From assembly GCA_050613775.1 (NCBI GenBank), contig JBODTK010000103.1, forward strand, positions 186,001 through 250,000: a DNA stretch of 64,000 nucleotides. Direction: 5' to 3'. A program made the translations under genes and the position numbers. This document shows, piece by piece, positions 38,814 through 64,000 of the stretch; the first letter of the stretch is position 1, and each line of letters starts with the position of its first letter. The notes beneath the pieces are model-generated. The model saw only the letters and a list, made by a program, of their open reading frames with translations, had not been told where the DNA came from and searched no databases. Source of the stretch: Neocallimastix sp. 'constans' (lineage: Eukaryota).

Positions 38814-39814
38814 AAAACATAAATTCCTGTAAATATTAGAAATTAACTAAAAAATAAATTAAAATATCAAATATTAAATAAATTTATATATAACATCTAA
38901 ATTTTTAATTCTTTTATATTTTAAATAAATATTAATTGGTTTTTTAATATGCCAAATATATATAGTGCTATAAAAATAATTTATTTAATGTCTAAAATAT
39001 TTAAATTCTTTACTAATTTATATGCATTTTTTATTATAATTATTTATTTATTTATTTGTTTGTTTGTTTGTTTGTTTATATATTAAAATTTTTATGACAC
39101 ATTTTACAAAATGCACTTTTACAAAATGCATCACATTGAAAAACAAATAATAAAAAGTAAATAAATTCTTTAAATCATACATATTAACATAAATAATTAT
39201 TTCTTAAATTTTTGATATAATATATAATATAATTCTTATTATAAATAATTATTAATAATATTTTATTTTGGTCAAAACTATGTCTTTTTATGTTTAAAGG
39301 AAAAGTTATAAAAATGAAAAATGATAATAAGAAAAAAAAAATTAATTTTAACCTTAAATATTATTAAATTTCAAAAAAAAAAATGTAACATCCATATTAT
39401 ATTAAAATAATTAAAATAAAAAATTTTTTTAAATTTTATCTTAAACTAATAAATATTTATTGTATACAATTATATACAAATAAATAAATTTTTTAATATA
39501 TTATAATTAATATAATTTAAATTATTATGACAAATTTTCATTATGATATTAATAAAAACTTTATTTAATAATATTCTAAAATATATTATTATTATATTCC
39601 ATAAAAGGAAATTTGATGTAATATTTTTATTATAAAAATGGAAAAATATCAAATAACATTAAAAAAAAAATACATAGATTTAGAATAATTTCACTTCTAT
39701 CTTCAGTACAAATAACACATGTAAGTAATAATTATAACTGTAGTCACTAATTATTTTCATTATATTTAATATTTTTTTCATTATTATTAATAATATTTTA
39801 TAATTATTATTTAT

Positions 39815-40030
39815 TTATTATTTATTATTTATTATTTATTATTTATTATTTATTATTTATTATTTATTATTTATTATTTATTATTTATTATTTATTATTT
39901 ATTATTTATTATTTATTATTTATTATTTATTATTTATTATTTATTATTTATTATTTATTATTTATTATTTATTATTTATTATTTATTAATTACTATTTAT
40001 TATTTATTATTTATTATTTATTATTTATTA
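39815..40030. repeat. Heptanucleotide microsatellite (TTATTAT)n
   Basis: About 200 bp of nearly pure TTTATTA repeats. Confidence 0.9.
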
Positions 40031-41715
40031 TATTTTATTGTTATTACTAATTTAAAAAAAAATTTTAATTTCATTGTTAAATATTATATATATATTAAAA
40101 TATAAAACATTTATGATGGCAGTAAATTATTGGTCAATATTCTATAAACAATTTTTATTTTAAATTTTTCAAGATTTTAAAAAATATAAAGTAATAAAAA
40201 TTTTAATATTAAAATTGAATATAATTAATATATATAATTTAATAATTGTTCAAAAATGAAGGCTTTTTTATTATTATTATTATTTATTTATTTTTAAATA
40301 AATGATCAAGTATATATATGTATATTTTTTTACTTTACATAATAAAATTGCTTTACTAAAATCATTCTTATATATCTTCTTAATTAGTGATATCTAAATT
40401 ATTATTATTTATTATTATTTATTATTGTGATAATGCTATTAGTTTAATATAATATTTCTATTATTGTGGATGACTAACTATAATTTATTACAATAAATAT
40501 CATTATTTAATATAAACACGTTTATTGTATTTGAATAGAAATGACTAATTGTATTATACTAAATGAATTTTGAAAAGAAAAAATAATAACCATAGTATTA
40601 ATATAATTAAATAATAATATTAATACCTTTTGTTTCATAAATGAAAAATAAATATGAATATTTCATAAAAAAAATAAAAATAAAAAAAAAAATAAAAATA
40701 AAAAAAAAAAATAAAAATAAAAAAATATAAGATAAATAATAAAAAAATATGAAATAAAAAAAATATAAAATAAAATAAAAATAAAAAAAATAAATATAAA
40801 TATGTAAGTAATATTAATAAAAATAAAAGTATGATAAAATTGATCATTAATATTCATATAAATTCATTTATTATTTAAAAAATTATTGTTATGAATATAA
40901 TTCTAAAAAAGACAAAGAACCCCTTAACATTCTGAATATTTTATTTCTAATATGTGCAAGAATATACTATTTTAAATTACTTTATTTAATATAAAGTTTA
41001 CAATTAAATACAAAAGAAAATTGTCTTTTAAAAAGTTTAATTATATAGTTATTATTATTATTATTATTATTATCATTTTTATTTTTTTAATATTATTAGT
41101 TTTTAATTTTTGTTATATTATATATTATATTATGTATAATACTAAACTATATATTAATTTTACAAATTATTTTCAAATAAAAACAAATAATAGTATATAA
41201 AAAAAAATTATAAACTTAATAATTTGAAATTAATAATTATAAATAACAAATAATATTTATTATAATCATACAATATATTGTTAATATATTGATTTTCAAT
41301 AAAATATTAAAAAAAAAATTAAAGTGAATTTTTTTTTTTTTTTTTATTTTATTATACAACTCTTTATTTATAAAATTATTAATAAAGAAAAGTGTAAGTG
41401 CAGAATATAATATTAATAAAATAGTATATTTTTGTTGTATTTTATATTTTATATTATAATAACAAGTAAATAGAGCAAATAAATTTAAAATAAATTTATT
41501 ATTAACTTTAAATAATTTATTTATTTGTATATAAAAATATTGAAATACTTATTGTTCCATATTGATTATTGTTCATTTTACAAATCCAATTTTTAATTTT
41601 TGAATAAATAATATATAATAAATAAATATCAAAAATAAAATAAAAACATTATATTGTATCATATTATACTTTTTAAAATAAAAAAAAAGTAGAATAAAAA
41701 AAATAACTAAAAAAA

Positions 41716-41958
41716 ATGAACACAAAGACTCTCTTATTAGCAATTCTTGCTTTCTTCCTTGTTATTTCTGTTGCTTCAGCTACTGAACTTCCACCAAAGA
41801 AGCCACTCAAGCAAATAAAACGTGCTCCAAAGTCTGCTAAGGCTCCACCAAGTGAATACATTCCACAACAAGAAGCTAAGAAGGCTGCTAAGAAGTTAAA
41901 CACTAAGATTCCACCAAAGGGTTCTGATGAAATTCCAAAGACCCGTGATGAACTTTAA
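41716..41958 (+). CDS. 80-aa Lys/Pro-rich secretory-pathway peptide with signal peptide and C-terminal RDEL
   Basis: GC-richer island with codons like the highly expressed HisRS gene (AAG, CGT, CCA, GCT, TTC). Hydrophobic N-terminus ending ASA, an internal KR site, and the end TRDEL*. Confidence 0.85.
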   Translation: MNTKTLLLAILAFFLVISVASATELPPKKPLKQIKRAPKSAKAPPSEYIPQQEAKKAAKKLNTKIPPKGSDEIPKTRDEL

Positions 41959-42372
41959 AAAAGAGGTTCATAACTGTAGAAATAAAGATAAAAATAGTAA
42001 CTAATTAAAATAAGAGCAATCATAAAGTCTTAAGATATATAATATTATATATTCTTAAGTGCTAAACAAAATAACTATTGTAATAAAAAAATAAAAATTG
42101 GAAAATACAAAATAACAAATAAAGAATAAAATAAAAATAAAAAAAAAACCAAAAAAATAAAAAAAAAAAAAAAAAAATAGAATACAAAATAAATACATTT
42201 AAATAAATAAAATATAAAATAAAATAAAAAAAAAAAGAGTTAAAGTTTTGTGTGTTTAAGCTTCCCTTAATATATATATATAATAACCAAATTTGAATTA
42301 TTTATTTGCTTTATACTATTTATTAATTAAAAATACTTGTTTTCAAACTAAACAATAATACCAATAAATATT

Positions 42373-42409
<37 letters not shown>

Positions 42410-42429
42410 TATTTTCAGTTCTTAATTTC

Positions 42430-43238
42430 TATGGAAGAGAAAAAAAAATACTCAATAGGAGCATTGGTTTTTTAAATGCTATCTTTTCAGTGAATTTCGA
42501 ATGAAATATTTTATGGATATTGAAAATCCTTATTGAAAACTATTTGTAATTAGCAAATATTGTTCAATATCAAATAGTAATGTAAACACTGTTGTCACAG
42601 ATATGAATAATGTAGAATCAAGTGCTAATACTGATAGTAGTAACAAAGAGAATAATATTAATAATAATAACAATAGAAATAATATTGTTAATAATAGTAG
42701 TATTAGTGATAGTGAAAATAGGAATAATAATAATTAGAGATAGTGAAAATAATTGTATCGTTACTAATATGTAGTGAATAGTTCAATTGGTGAAAATCGT
42801 GTTAATTTAAGTAATTTTCTGAATAATGAGTGTGTAAATATATTTATGACTCTGATTTGGTACCGATTATATAACTTCCTTCTTGGTGGAAGAGATACAG
42901 ACATTATTGATTTAAATTATAAAAAGGAATGGGATATTTTGTTTAAGAACTAAATCATTTCTGATGATTATTCTAAAACGCCATTCTTGGTGTGATCTGT
43001 GGCTCTCTTTTACAGAAATTATGCCTAGGGCTAATACTCGACAAGGGTTGCTGTTCTGACGGCATAAGCGCGAACTAACCAGGAGCATCAACGCTGAAAA
43101 TTCAATAAGACAGGCTAGCACCTCCAATGTCTCTGAAGGAGACTATAATTTCTTTCAGATAATCAATTCAAACCCAAATCCAAAATAAAAATACCTTTTA
43201 AAACAGATATTTTATAATCTAGAGGTGAGGTTCATGGT
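42430..43238 (+). mobile_element. Degenerate 3' end of a non-LTR retrotransposon (LINE-like)
   Basis: Broken frame containing EHWFFKCYLFSEFR (H-x4-C half of a C-terminal CCHC finger) and YNFLLGG. The last ~155 bp has a diverged second copy at 60712-60869. Confidence 0.62.
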
Positions 43239-43381
43239 ATATGTTATTTAATTAAATATTGGTTTTGATATGAAAAAAAATAAAATAAAATAAAATAAAA
43301 TAAAGAAATAATTAATAATATTAACATTCAAATTTTTAGATATACCATTGTTTGTTATGATTCTAATAATAGATATGAAAA

Positions 43382-43459
<78 letters not shown>

Positions 43460-43769
43460 TTTCATTTAAGGAATTAATTATTTCATTTATTTTCATTATT
43501 TACTTTTATTTTTATGAACGACATCTTTTATACTATACTCTCTTTCAAATTTTTTAAAGAAATATTTCTATAATATTAATAATATTGTTATATATTTCAA
43601 TTATTAACAAATATTATTAATTTTTATTATTATTTACAAAAAAATTTTTAGTTACAAATTATAATATATAAAGGTATATTTTCGATAATATTTCATTACT
43701 AAATATTTCAATTATTATTTATTTATTTATTTTATTTTATTTTATTTTATTTTACTTTATTTTATTTTA

Positions 43770-43801
<32 letters not shown>

Positions 43802-44021
43802 GTATGCTAAATATTTTTGATAATAATATTTAATAATTTATATACAATTATTTTGATTCATTAGGCATTACTAATTAATAATATGAAGAAAAAATAAAAA
43901 ATAAAAAAAATTAAAAAAATTAAAATATATATATATATATATTATTTAATTAGATATAAAGATTTTTATCTTAATAATTTATGTTAAGTATTAATCATAA
44001 ATTCTAAATTAAAATTTTGAA

Positions 44022-44103
<82 letters not shown>

Positions 44104-44218
44104 AAAAGACTTATCAAAAACGCTCAAAAGAATAGAAAAAATAAAAAATAAAAAATAAAAAATTGAATAAAAATATTAATGAAATTACTAATCTTATATA
44201 TGTAAAAAAAGTAAAGAT

Positions 44219-44250
<32 letters not shown>

Positions 44251-44411
44251 CATAAAAAGATATATAACATATTTTTTATCATATTATTTTAAATGGGTAT
44301 ATTGAATTTTTTTTTTTTTTTTTTTTTTTTTAAGATATATAAATTATCATATTATATTTATAAATATTATTTACTTATTATTATTAATTGTAATTAATAA
44401 ATAATTAAAGT

Positions 44412-44470
<59 letters not shown>

Positions 44471-44851
44471 ATGTGCATTATTTAGTAATTTTTTATGAAA
44501 ATGAAAGAAAATTTATAATGTAATGTTGATTTATATTAAAATAATTTTTTTTTTTTTTTTGCTTTTATTGAATTGCTATTTGTTTATAATAAAAGAAAAA
44601 TACTGTTATTATTATTTTTTTTTTTTTAATAAAACTGCTTTTAGTTTATAAATGAAAATTTTTTATTTTTATTTTTATTTTTTTTTTTTTTGTAATTTAT
44701 TTGCAAAATGAAATAAAATAAAATTTTATGTATTTTTTTTTATGATGAAAATAATTATAAAAATTTAATATATATAATATTAAATTTAATTTTTATTATA
44801 AATATATGAATATATATATATAAAAAAAGTATTAATATTTCTCTTCTCTTT

Positions 44852-44882
<31 letters not shown>

Positions 44883-44913
44883 TTATAAAAATAAGTTTTT
44901 TTTATTTATTCAT

Positions 44914-55137
<10,224 letters not shown>

Positions 55138-58100
55138 GATATTTAATCTTTATAAAAACAAATAAAATTTTTTTTTTTTTGACAAATTTAATAATATTAT
55201 ATATTAAAATTAGAATTTCACAATATATATATATTTAAATTTTATTAAATATATAAATTTATTACAGATAATTATATTTACTTTTCTTCTTCACTTCTAT
55301 ACTTGAATATTAGTTTAAAAAGTAATATATATATTTCTGCTTTTTTTTTGTTCTTGATTATATTTTTTTTTAGTTGATATTATTAATTATTACGTATTGA
55401 ATATAAAAATACAAAAAAAAAAAAAAAAAAAGTCTGAACAATAAATTTTGCTCTTAACTATAATATTAATGCTTTTTATAACTATATTTAAATGTATAAT
55501 GTTTTTTTTTATTTGTCTGTTTTTATTTAAATGAATGAATTTAAAATCTTTATATGTAAATTAATAAAATTTAAAATAAATATATACATATATATATATT
55601 ATTGAATAAAAGAAAGAATGAAATATTAAAAAATATACATTAATTTTTAAAATTAAGTAATTTAGAAAAAAATATATATATATTAATAAAGAACAATTAC
55701 TTTAGTAATTTTTATAGTAATTTATTTAAATAATATAATTATATATTATATTATTGAGTTTTTATCGTTCTTTTTTTTTAAAAAAAAAAAAAAAATAAAA
55801 TAAAATAAAATAATTAATTGTAATATAATTAAAATTTTTTATATATATACAAATGAATTATTATAATTTGGTATATTAAATGAAATTATTTTTTATAATA
55901 TTCAAAGGAAATAAAATTATATACAATTGTTCTATGTTTAAATGTAATATCTTTTTGCTATTAAAAATTAAAATAATAAATTCTGTAAAGTATAAATCTT
56001 TTTTATGAAAATTAAACAATTATTATTTGATATTGTCATATTTTATATTTGATTTATGTGCAATGTTATTTGGTATAAAATTTATTACTATTGATATAAT
56101 TTTTATATATTAATGTATATATAGTAATAAATTTAATATATATCATTTATTCGAATTTAATACATTCATAAAACTATATTATTCCTTGGGAATAATACTC
56201 TATTTTCTATTATTTAAAGAATTATAATAAAATTTATATAACTTTTTTTATTATATAATTTTTTTTTTTATTAACGAAGAAAAGTATACAAAAAAAAAAA
56301 AAAAAAGATATAAAACTAAATAAATTTTTTCATTTTTTTAAATTATTATTAATTTTTTTTGTAATATTTTAAATCCTTCTTACCAAAATAATATAATTAT
56401 TTTTACAATTTATTTTTATTATTATTCTTAGCATATGGCAATATATTCTAGAATATATTAACCATATAATTTAATATAAAGTTTTTATATATTTGCAATA
56501 ATAAATGTTATTAATTTTATTGATGTCATAAAATCTAATTATTTCTTTTATTTATTCTATTTAATTATATAAATTATTAATTATTTGTAAATAATTAATT
56601 AATATAATATAATATAAAATTTTTATTATAAATATATCCAACTTTAATTTTTTTTTTTATTTCTTTATACATAATAAAATCTATTAGTTTAATATATTGT
56701 ATTTATTGAATATATTGAAACGAAATTTAAATTATTAAAGATCTTTATATTAATTTAAAAAAAGTAAATATATAATATATTTAATAAATAATAATTATAT
56801 GGATGTATATATTATAATAATTTTTATTTTTTATTTTTTCTGTTTTATTGAAATCATAAACAATGAGAAAAGGAAAATATAAAGCATAAAATATTAAGTA
56901 TCATTTATAAGTATTTAAATATAATATTATATTAAATGATGTAACTATGTTTTTTTTTTTTTTTTTTTATATTATCATAAACATTTAATAAATATGGAAC
57001 TTTTTGTTATTTAAAAAAATATTATTAATTTAACTTATTTAAATAAAGTTATACCATAAAAATTTTATATCGAATAATTTAAATTATAATTCATATTTAT
57101 AACTCTATATAAAAAAAAATTATTAATTTTATATGTTCTTTTATTCTTTATAACACTATTTACAATGTATTTATAAAATATATATTTATGTAGTGTTACA
57201 ATAATAAAAGGGAACTCCAAATTTTTACAATAATTATACATATATTTCTATTTTCTCTTAAAATTCAATTAATTTACTCTGTTTTAAAATATTAAAAAAA
57301 ATATAATATATTTTTAAATTAATTAAAAATAAATATCTGATATTAAAAACTTGAATTTTATATGTACAAATAAGTATTTAATTAAATTTAAAGTTTTTAA
57401 GATATTATAAAAAATTTAAAGTTATTTTAATTAAAATTGTATTTATTATAATTAAATATGAAAAAATAAAAAGTTTTTTTTTTTTCAAAATTTTAAATCA
57501 TAGTAGATTTAAAATATCAAAAATTAATAAATCATTTTTATTAATAAAAAAAAATTGTAGTCACATTGAAAAAAGTGGAATTCGTAATTATGGGAACATT
57601 TTAAATTAATATATTCATAGATTTATATTTATCTATTTATGTCATTCATATATATAAAAAATAATGATTTTTAAAATCAAATAAGTATTTTTATTAAATC
57701 AGTTTAATATATCTTTAAAAATAAAAAAAAAATGAAGATTAAAATTAAAAAAGATAAATATATAATTAAAAAAAATCATATATGCACATATAAAGTAAAA
57801 ATATTAAATATATATATAATAAAAAAATAATAGTAAATAAAATATACATATACATATAATAAACAATGGTTAAGTGTACAAGAATTTTATTTTGAAATTG
57901 TTAATAGTTGATAAAAAAAAATAATAATAATAAAATAATAATAATTGAAAAGATTAATAAAAATTATTCAATTTTTAATTTATAGTTTATTATAGACAAT
58001 TATTAAACATTTATTAATAAGTAAAATTATTATTTTAAGATTATTTTGTGAGTTTAATTATATAATAAAATTCTGGTTGGATAAAATTATGAAAAATATT

Positions 58101-60423
58101 CTAAAAATAATAATTTTTTTTTCTTTGTTAACTTTTTCTTAAATACTTACACTTAAAATTTACTAATTAAAATAAAGTATTAGTAAATTATTTCTCAACC
58201 ACTCACTTTACTAATGTAGATAAAGATTACTAGAAGATATAGATTAAATAATTATATAATAGATAAAATAATATTTTTTTAATTTATTTTAATTATCGAT
58301 AATCATATTACAAAACATTTAACCAATCTAAAAATTCAATACACATTACTTTAAAAAAAAATTTAATAAATTATTATTAATATTTAAATTAATAGTTATA
58401 TTATAAAAAAATATTATCTATATAATATTTATTTAAATAATTAAACAATGATATTATCATACTTTATCATTAATTTTCTTTTGATTATAATCAATAAATA
58501 AAAGTAAATATAATAATTAGAGATAAATAGCATATATATATTTTTTTATTATCTTTTTGTTTCTTTAAAACTTAAAAAAAAATTCACCGAGTTATTTTTA
58601 ATTCGTAATATCTTTTATATTTATTTTATATAATGAATGTATTTAATCTATTTTGTAAATTTTTATTAAATTTTTATTTAAATCAATTTATTATTTATTT
58701 ACTCATTTATTTATTTATATATATATTTATATATTTATATATTTATATATTTATATATTTATATATTTATATATTTATATATTTATATATTTATAAATAT
58801 GGTTTAAAATAATATTGTCAATACTCAGAAAAATAATTAAAAAAAATAAACTATATAATAATATGCATGTTAAATAGCAATATTTCTTGGTAGAAATAAA
58901 GAAATTTACTGTTAATAATATAAAATATATATTATATAAAATCAATTTTATATTATTTTAAAAATTTTTATTTAATTATAATTTAATTATAATATTTCCA
59001 ATCATTATAATTTTTATTTCCTTAATTTTTTATTATTATTATTATTATTTATTTATTTATTTTTATTATTTATTACAAATAATAAAGAAAAAAATCAATA
59101 TAGTTATTTAAATTAACTATATTTTTTTTTACAAAAAAACGTTAAATTTATTTTTAATAGGTTGTTTTTATCACGGAGACTTTTCTGTTCAATTAAATTA
59201 ACAGTAAATCTATTATACCATTTATGGAAATTTTCCTTTAAATATATATATATAAAATTTTAATTAAATCCTATATAGAAATCATTATTTTTTTTTTAAC
59301 TAAAAATTATATTAAATTTTTCTATTATTGTTAATTTTTATAAATATTTATAAAACATTTCATTTAATGTCTCTTGTATTTTATTTTAAGATTACATCAT
59401 CATAAAAGTAATTTCTTTCAAGATCAATACCCGAAAAATAAACAAAAATATATATATATTAATATTATAATTTCTAATAATAAAAACTAAAGTATATATA
59501 ACTATATAAGTTAATAAATAAATTAATAAATAAAAAAGTCAATAAATTAATTAATAAAATAATTAGGGTTAAAGATTTTTTAAATTTTAATTATTATTTT
59601 TAAAAAAATAAAAAAAAGAATGTTACATTTCGAAACGTAGCTTATAAATAAAATTTTAATTTATTAATTCAACACCCCACATTTTTATTTTTATTTTTTT
59701 TTTTAAATATTTTATTATTTTAACATTAAAATTAAATATTATTTTATTATTATTTTACAAAAAATATTGAAATATAGCTTTAAAATTAAATATTATTAAA
59801 TATTTTATTATTATTTTAAAAAAAATAATAATAAAATTAAAATGCTCTTTTATAAGAAAATATATTATTTTTCTTTGTTTAAAAAATAAAACATTTTTTT
59901 AATTATTTTTTATTTATATTTAATTATTTGTTTCTTATAATTAATTATTTATTATGAATAAATTGGTAGTAATTATCTTTAATCATGTAGTGGTTGAGAA
60001 AATATTTTATTTTTAAATATTTATAAAAAAAATATTTTTATTTAATTGTTTGTTATTTATATTATTGCTAAATTATTTATTATATTTATTATATATTTAA
60101 TTATTTATTCTGAATAAATTAGTATTAATTATTCAGTTTTTTAATCATAAATTATATTTAAAAATGTTTTTATTTTTTAGTGTTTAAAAAAGCAAAAATA
60201 TTATATTTAATCATTTATTCTAAATAAATTTGTATTAATTATTTATTATCTTTAATAATATTAATAATTGCTATAACTAAAATAAAAAAAAAAAAAAGAA
60301 AGAAAGAAAGAAAGAATTTGATTTATCATTATAATATTATTTATTTTCAATAGCTTTTTTTTTTTTTTTTTTTTTTTTCTGTTGCTCTAATATATATGTA
60401 TATATTATTGTTTAATTTTTTTC

Positions 60424-60490
<67 letters not shown>

Positions 60491-60711
60491 TTTACAGCCG
60501 CAATTATTGCAAACTTTAAACTTTATTTATTTATTCATTTATTAATTACATGAATATCTATTTTTTAATAAAAAACATTCGATTAATAAAAATAAATAAA
60601 TAAATATTGTTTGTTCAATAAGAACATAATAACATAATAATATTTAAAATAGTAATGTGAAATAAAAAGTAATATAGTGTATAAATAAATTCAGAAAAAA
60701 ATTTATATATA

Positions 60712-60994
<283 letters not shown>

Positions 60995-61706
60995 ATTACA
61001 TATATTTATCTACCACCGATTTTATTTTTATTTTTATTTCATTTTATTTTTTATATTTTTATTCAATCTTTATTAATATAATTTTATAGATATCATTTTA
61101 TAAATAATTAAATATTTATTACATATTACTTTTTATTATTATTATTATTATTTTTTTTTTTTTTTGAAATAAAATTTAAATATATTTTATTCCATCATTA
61201 ATCATTAATATAAATTTTTATACTGATTGAAAATAAAAAAAAAAAAAAAAAAATTTATTTTATTATTATATATAATTAAATTAATTGTAAAAATAAATTA
61301 ATAAATACTAATAAAAGATTAGGAATTATTGTTCCAAAGATAAAAAACTTTAAAAATGAAATTAATTATTAAAATTAATAATATATAAATTTATCCCATA
61401 TAAATATATAAATAAATATATAAATAATTATATATAAATAGTTAATAAATAAATAAATAATTAATTAAAAAATAATAATTAAATAAAAACATACTTCTAT
61501 AATTAATTATGGAAAAATAAAAATATGTATATATATATATATTAATAATCATTCAATTATAATAATAATTACTTTTAGTAATTAATAACATAATAATTAT
61601 AATAATAATAATAATTTTTATTACAAAAAAAGTTTTTTTTTTATTATCTTTATTATTCTTATTCTTATTCTTATTTTTATTTTTATTCTTATTCCTCTTA
61701 TTATTA

Positions 61707-62239
61707 TTATTCTTTCTTTTCATTGGTGGTTAAATTATCATTTTCAGATGAACCATAATCTATTATCATAGGATTTGGATTAGATGGTGGTACTCTCATT
61801 GCTAAATTTGGACGTGAATATGAATTAAAATCAAATGGATTGCCATAATAATCAAAATTTGGTTCATTAGGATAATTCATATCGGATGACGATGATGATG
61901 GAGGTGGTGGTGGTGGATTCATATTATTATAATGTGGTTGTCCATAATTTGGTAATGAGGATCCAGGAATTTGTCCTTGTCCTTGTCCTTGATTATTATA
62001 TTTTCCATAAAATCTTCTACCTCCTCTTCCACGACCACCACCATTATATCCATCTTTATTTGGATAGGGTTTATATGGCATTGGCTTTCTTATTGGATAA
62101 TTCTTATAACCTTGAGGTTGGTTATAATAATTTTTATTTGGTGGTGGCATACCACGTTGTAATGGTTCATATTCCATACTATTTAAATCTGGTAAGGATG
62201 GTTGTGCTCTACCATCATTTAATTTTTGACGTTTTCTTT

Positions 62240-62274
<35 letters not shown>

Positions 62275-62502
62275 AAAAAAAAATATACATATATTTATTT
62301 ATTAATAAAATTTTATAAATTAATGATTAAACTAATTAAATTATATAATAATAATAATAATAAAATAATAATAAAATAATAATAAAATAATAATAAAATA
62401 ATAATAATAAAATATTACTTCTCATTTCCTTTTTCTTTCTTTTTATTCTTTAAATGTTTTTTATATTCTATTTCTTTTTCATCATCTGAAAATTCTATTT
62501 CC

Positions 62503-62540
<38 letters not shown>

Positions 62541-63686
62541 TTTTGTTTTGTTTTGTTTAATATGATAAATAAGAAAAAAAAAATAATAATAATATTTAAA
62601 AATTTTTTTTTTTTTTGTAGTTTAGTTTTTATATATGCTTTATATTTGTAAGTATATATTTTATGTATAATAATTATTAATATATATTACATCTTCTCCT
62701 GGTTCCTCATCATATTGATTAGAAGCATCAGAACCTTTAATTAACTTAATTTGTTGGGTATATGATAATTTTGCTAATTCTGGATTGAAATAGATATTTG
62801 TTCCAATTTTATATTTTTCTTTATCAATTTCACTAGCACTATTAAATCTAATTGAATATATTGGAAGTGAAACTGGACCAAGAGTTTCAAAGATCTTTAA
62901 TTATAATTATAATTATGATTATTTATTTATTTGTATATTTGCATATTTATATTTTTTTTTAATTAATTTTGTGATATTGTTACGTAATTAATTTATATAA
63001 AGAAATATAATATATTTAATGAACATAAAAAAATATTTTTTAATATAATAAAAATTTTATAAAATGCATTGTTATATTAATAAGTATTACTTTTAATCAT
63101 CAAAATAAGGGGGAAAATACTTGTTTTATTTATAAAATTAAATTAACTTACTCTTCCAACAGGTGTTCTATCTGAAAATAATAAAATACTATCTTCATCT
63201 AATACTTGGTAATTCGCTGAAACTGTTGCTTGTACTAACACATATTCATCTACAATATTCTGTATTACACCTATTTTCGTAATTGGAAGATCTTTTGGAA
63301 TATCTATTGTTATAGGTTGAACTTTAGGTAATGACTAATTTTTTTATAATATATATATAATTGGTTTTAATATTATAATCAGTTTTTATTATCATTTTTA
63401 TTATTATTATTATTATTATTTATTTTTTTATTTATTTATTTCTAAATGAACAATATTTTGTAAATTTAAAAAGTCAATAATATAAAAAAATTTTTTTTAA
63501 AGCAACTTTTTATCTTTATATTTACAATAATTTCATGGGTAGAGTGTATTAAATTTATGGTATTTTCATCATTATCTTCATCTAAATCTTCATTATACTT
63601 ATCAATGATTTTTTTATGCTTTTCAACTTTTTCTTTTGTTAATACATCATCATCACTAGAAGAACTGAAATATATAAATTGATTTA

Positions 63687-63762
<76 letters not shown>

Positions 63763-64000
63763 TTAACTTTTTTTTTTTTTTTTTTTCATTTTATTTCATT
63801 ATGTTTTTAAAAAACAAAACAAAACAAAACAATATAATAAAACATAAAATAATGTTCAATAAATATCAAATTAAATTAAAAGTTAAATACCTATCATCAT
63901 CTGAACTATCTGTATCAAAATCACTACTATCACTGGAACTATCTGTATCGTCACTACTACTACTACTTTCATTATCTTCTTCTTCTTCTTCTTTATTTGT
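61707..64000 (-). CDS. NAF1: H/ACA RNP assembly factor NAF1 (Gar1/Naf1 domain); 5' end outside the window
   Basis: Acidic/Ser-rich N-terminal part, then LDEDSILLFSDRTPVG, IFETLGPVSLPIYSIRFN, KGSDASNQYDEEP and EIEFSDDEKE, and a Pro/Tyr/RGG-rich last exon. Confidence 0.92.

Noticed and set aside
39720..40495. Weak inverted similarity flanking the heptamer array
   Set aside because: Short, gapped and AT-rich, so not supportable as TIRs.
59563..59570. TTAGGG telomere-like hexamer
   Set aside because: Isolated single copies with no tandem array.

Overview
Extremely AT-rich, intron-rich eukaryotic DNA with long (AAT)n, (TAAA)n and poly-A/T tracts and Asn/Lys-rich proteins. It most likely comes from an anaerobic gut fungus (Neocallimastigomycota); this is inferred from composition and gene content. 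Bases 1-9.3 kb are a nest of Mutator-like (MULE) DNA transposons: two ~4 kb elements with terminal inverted repeats (TIRs) and frameshifted DDE transposases, plus a decayed third copy. Element 1 carries a GC-richer solo-LTR-like insert containing a tRNA-like cassette, and element 2 carries an inverted-repeat-bounded minisatellite. Next is an intronless, bacterial-looking DUF6882-like gene. Spliced housekeeping genes follow: class II HDAC (Hda1/Clr3-like), HisRS, ELMO/CED-12 and TSC1/hamartin. After these come an 80-aa secretory-pathway peptide ending in RDEL, a LINE 3' remnant (second copy at 60.7 kb), a ~3200-aa low-complexity C2H2 zinc-finger protein, and NAF1, which is cut by the window end. 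No clearly new multi-gene system could be established. The best leads are the RDEL peptide, the LTR-like insert with its tRNA-like cassette, and the candidate horizontally acquired gene. All exon structures were assembled by eye.
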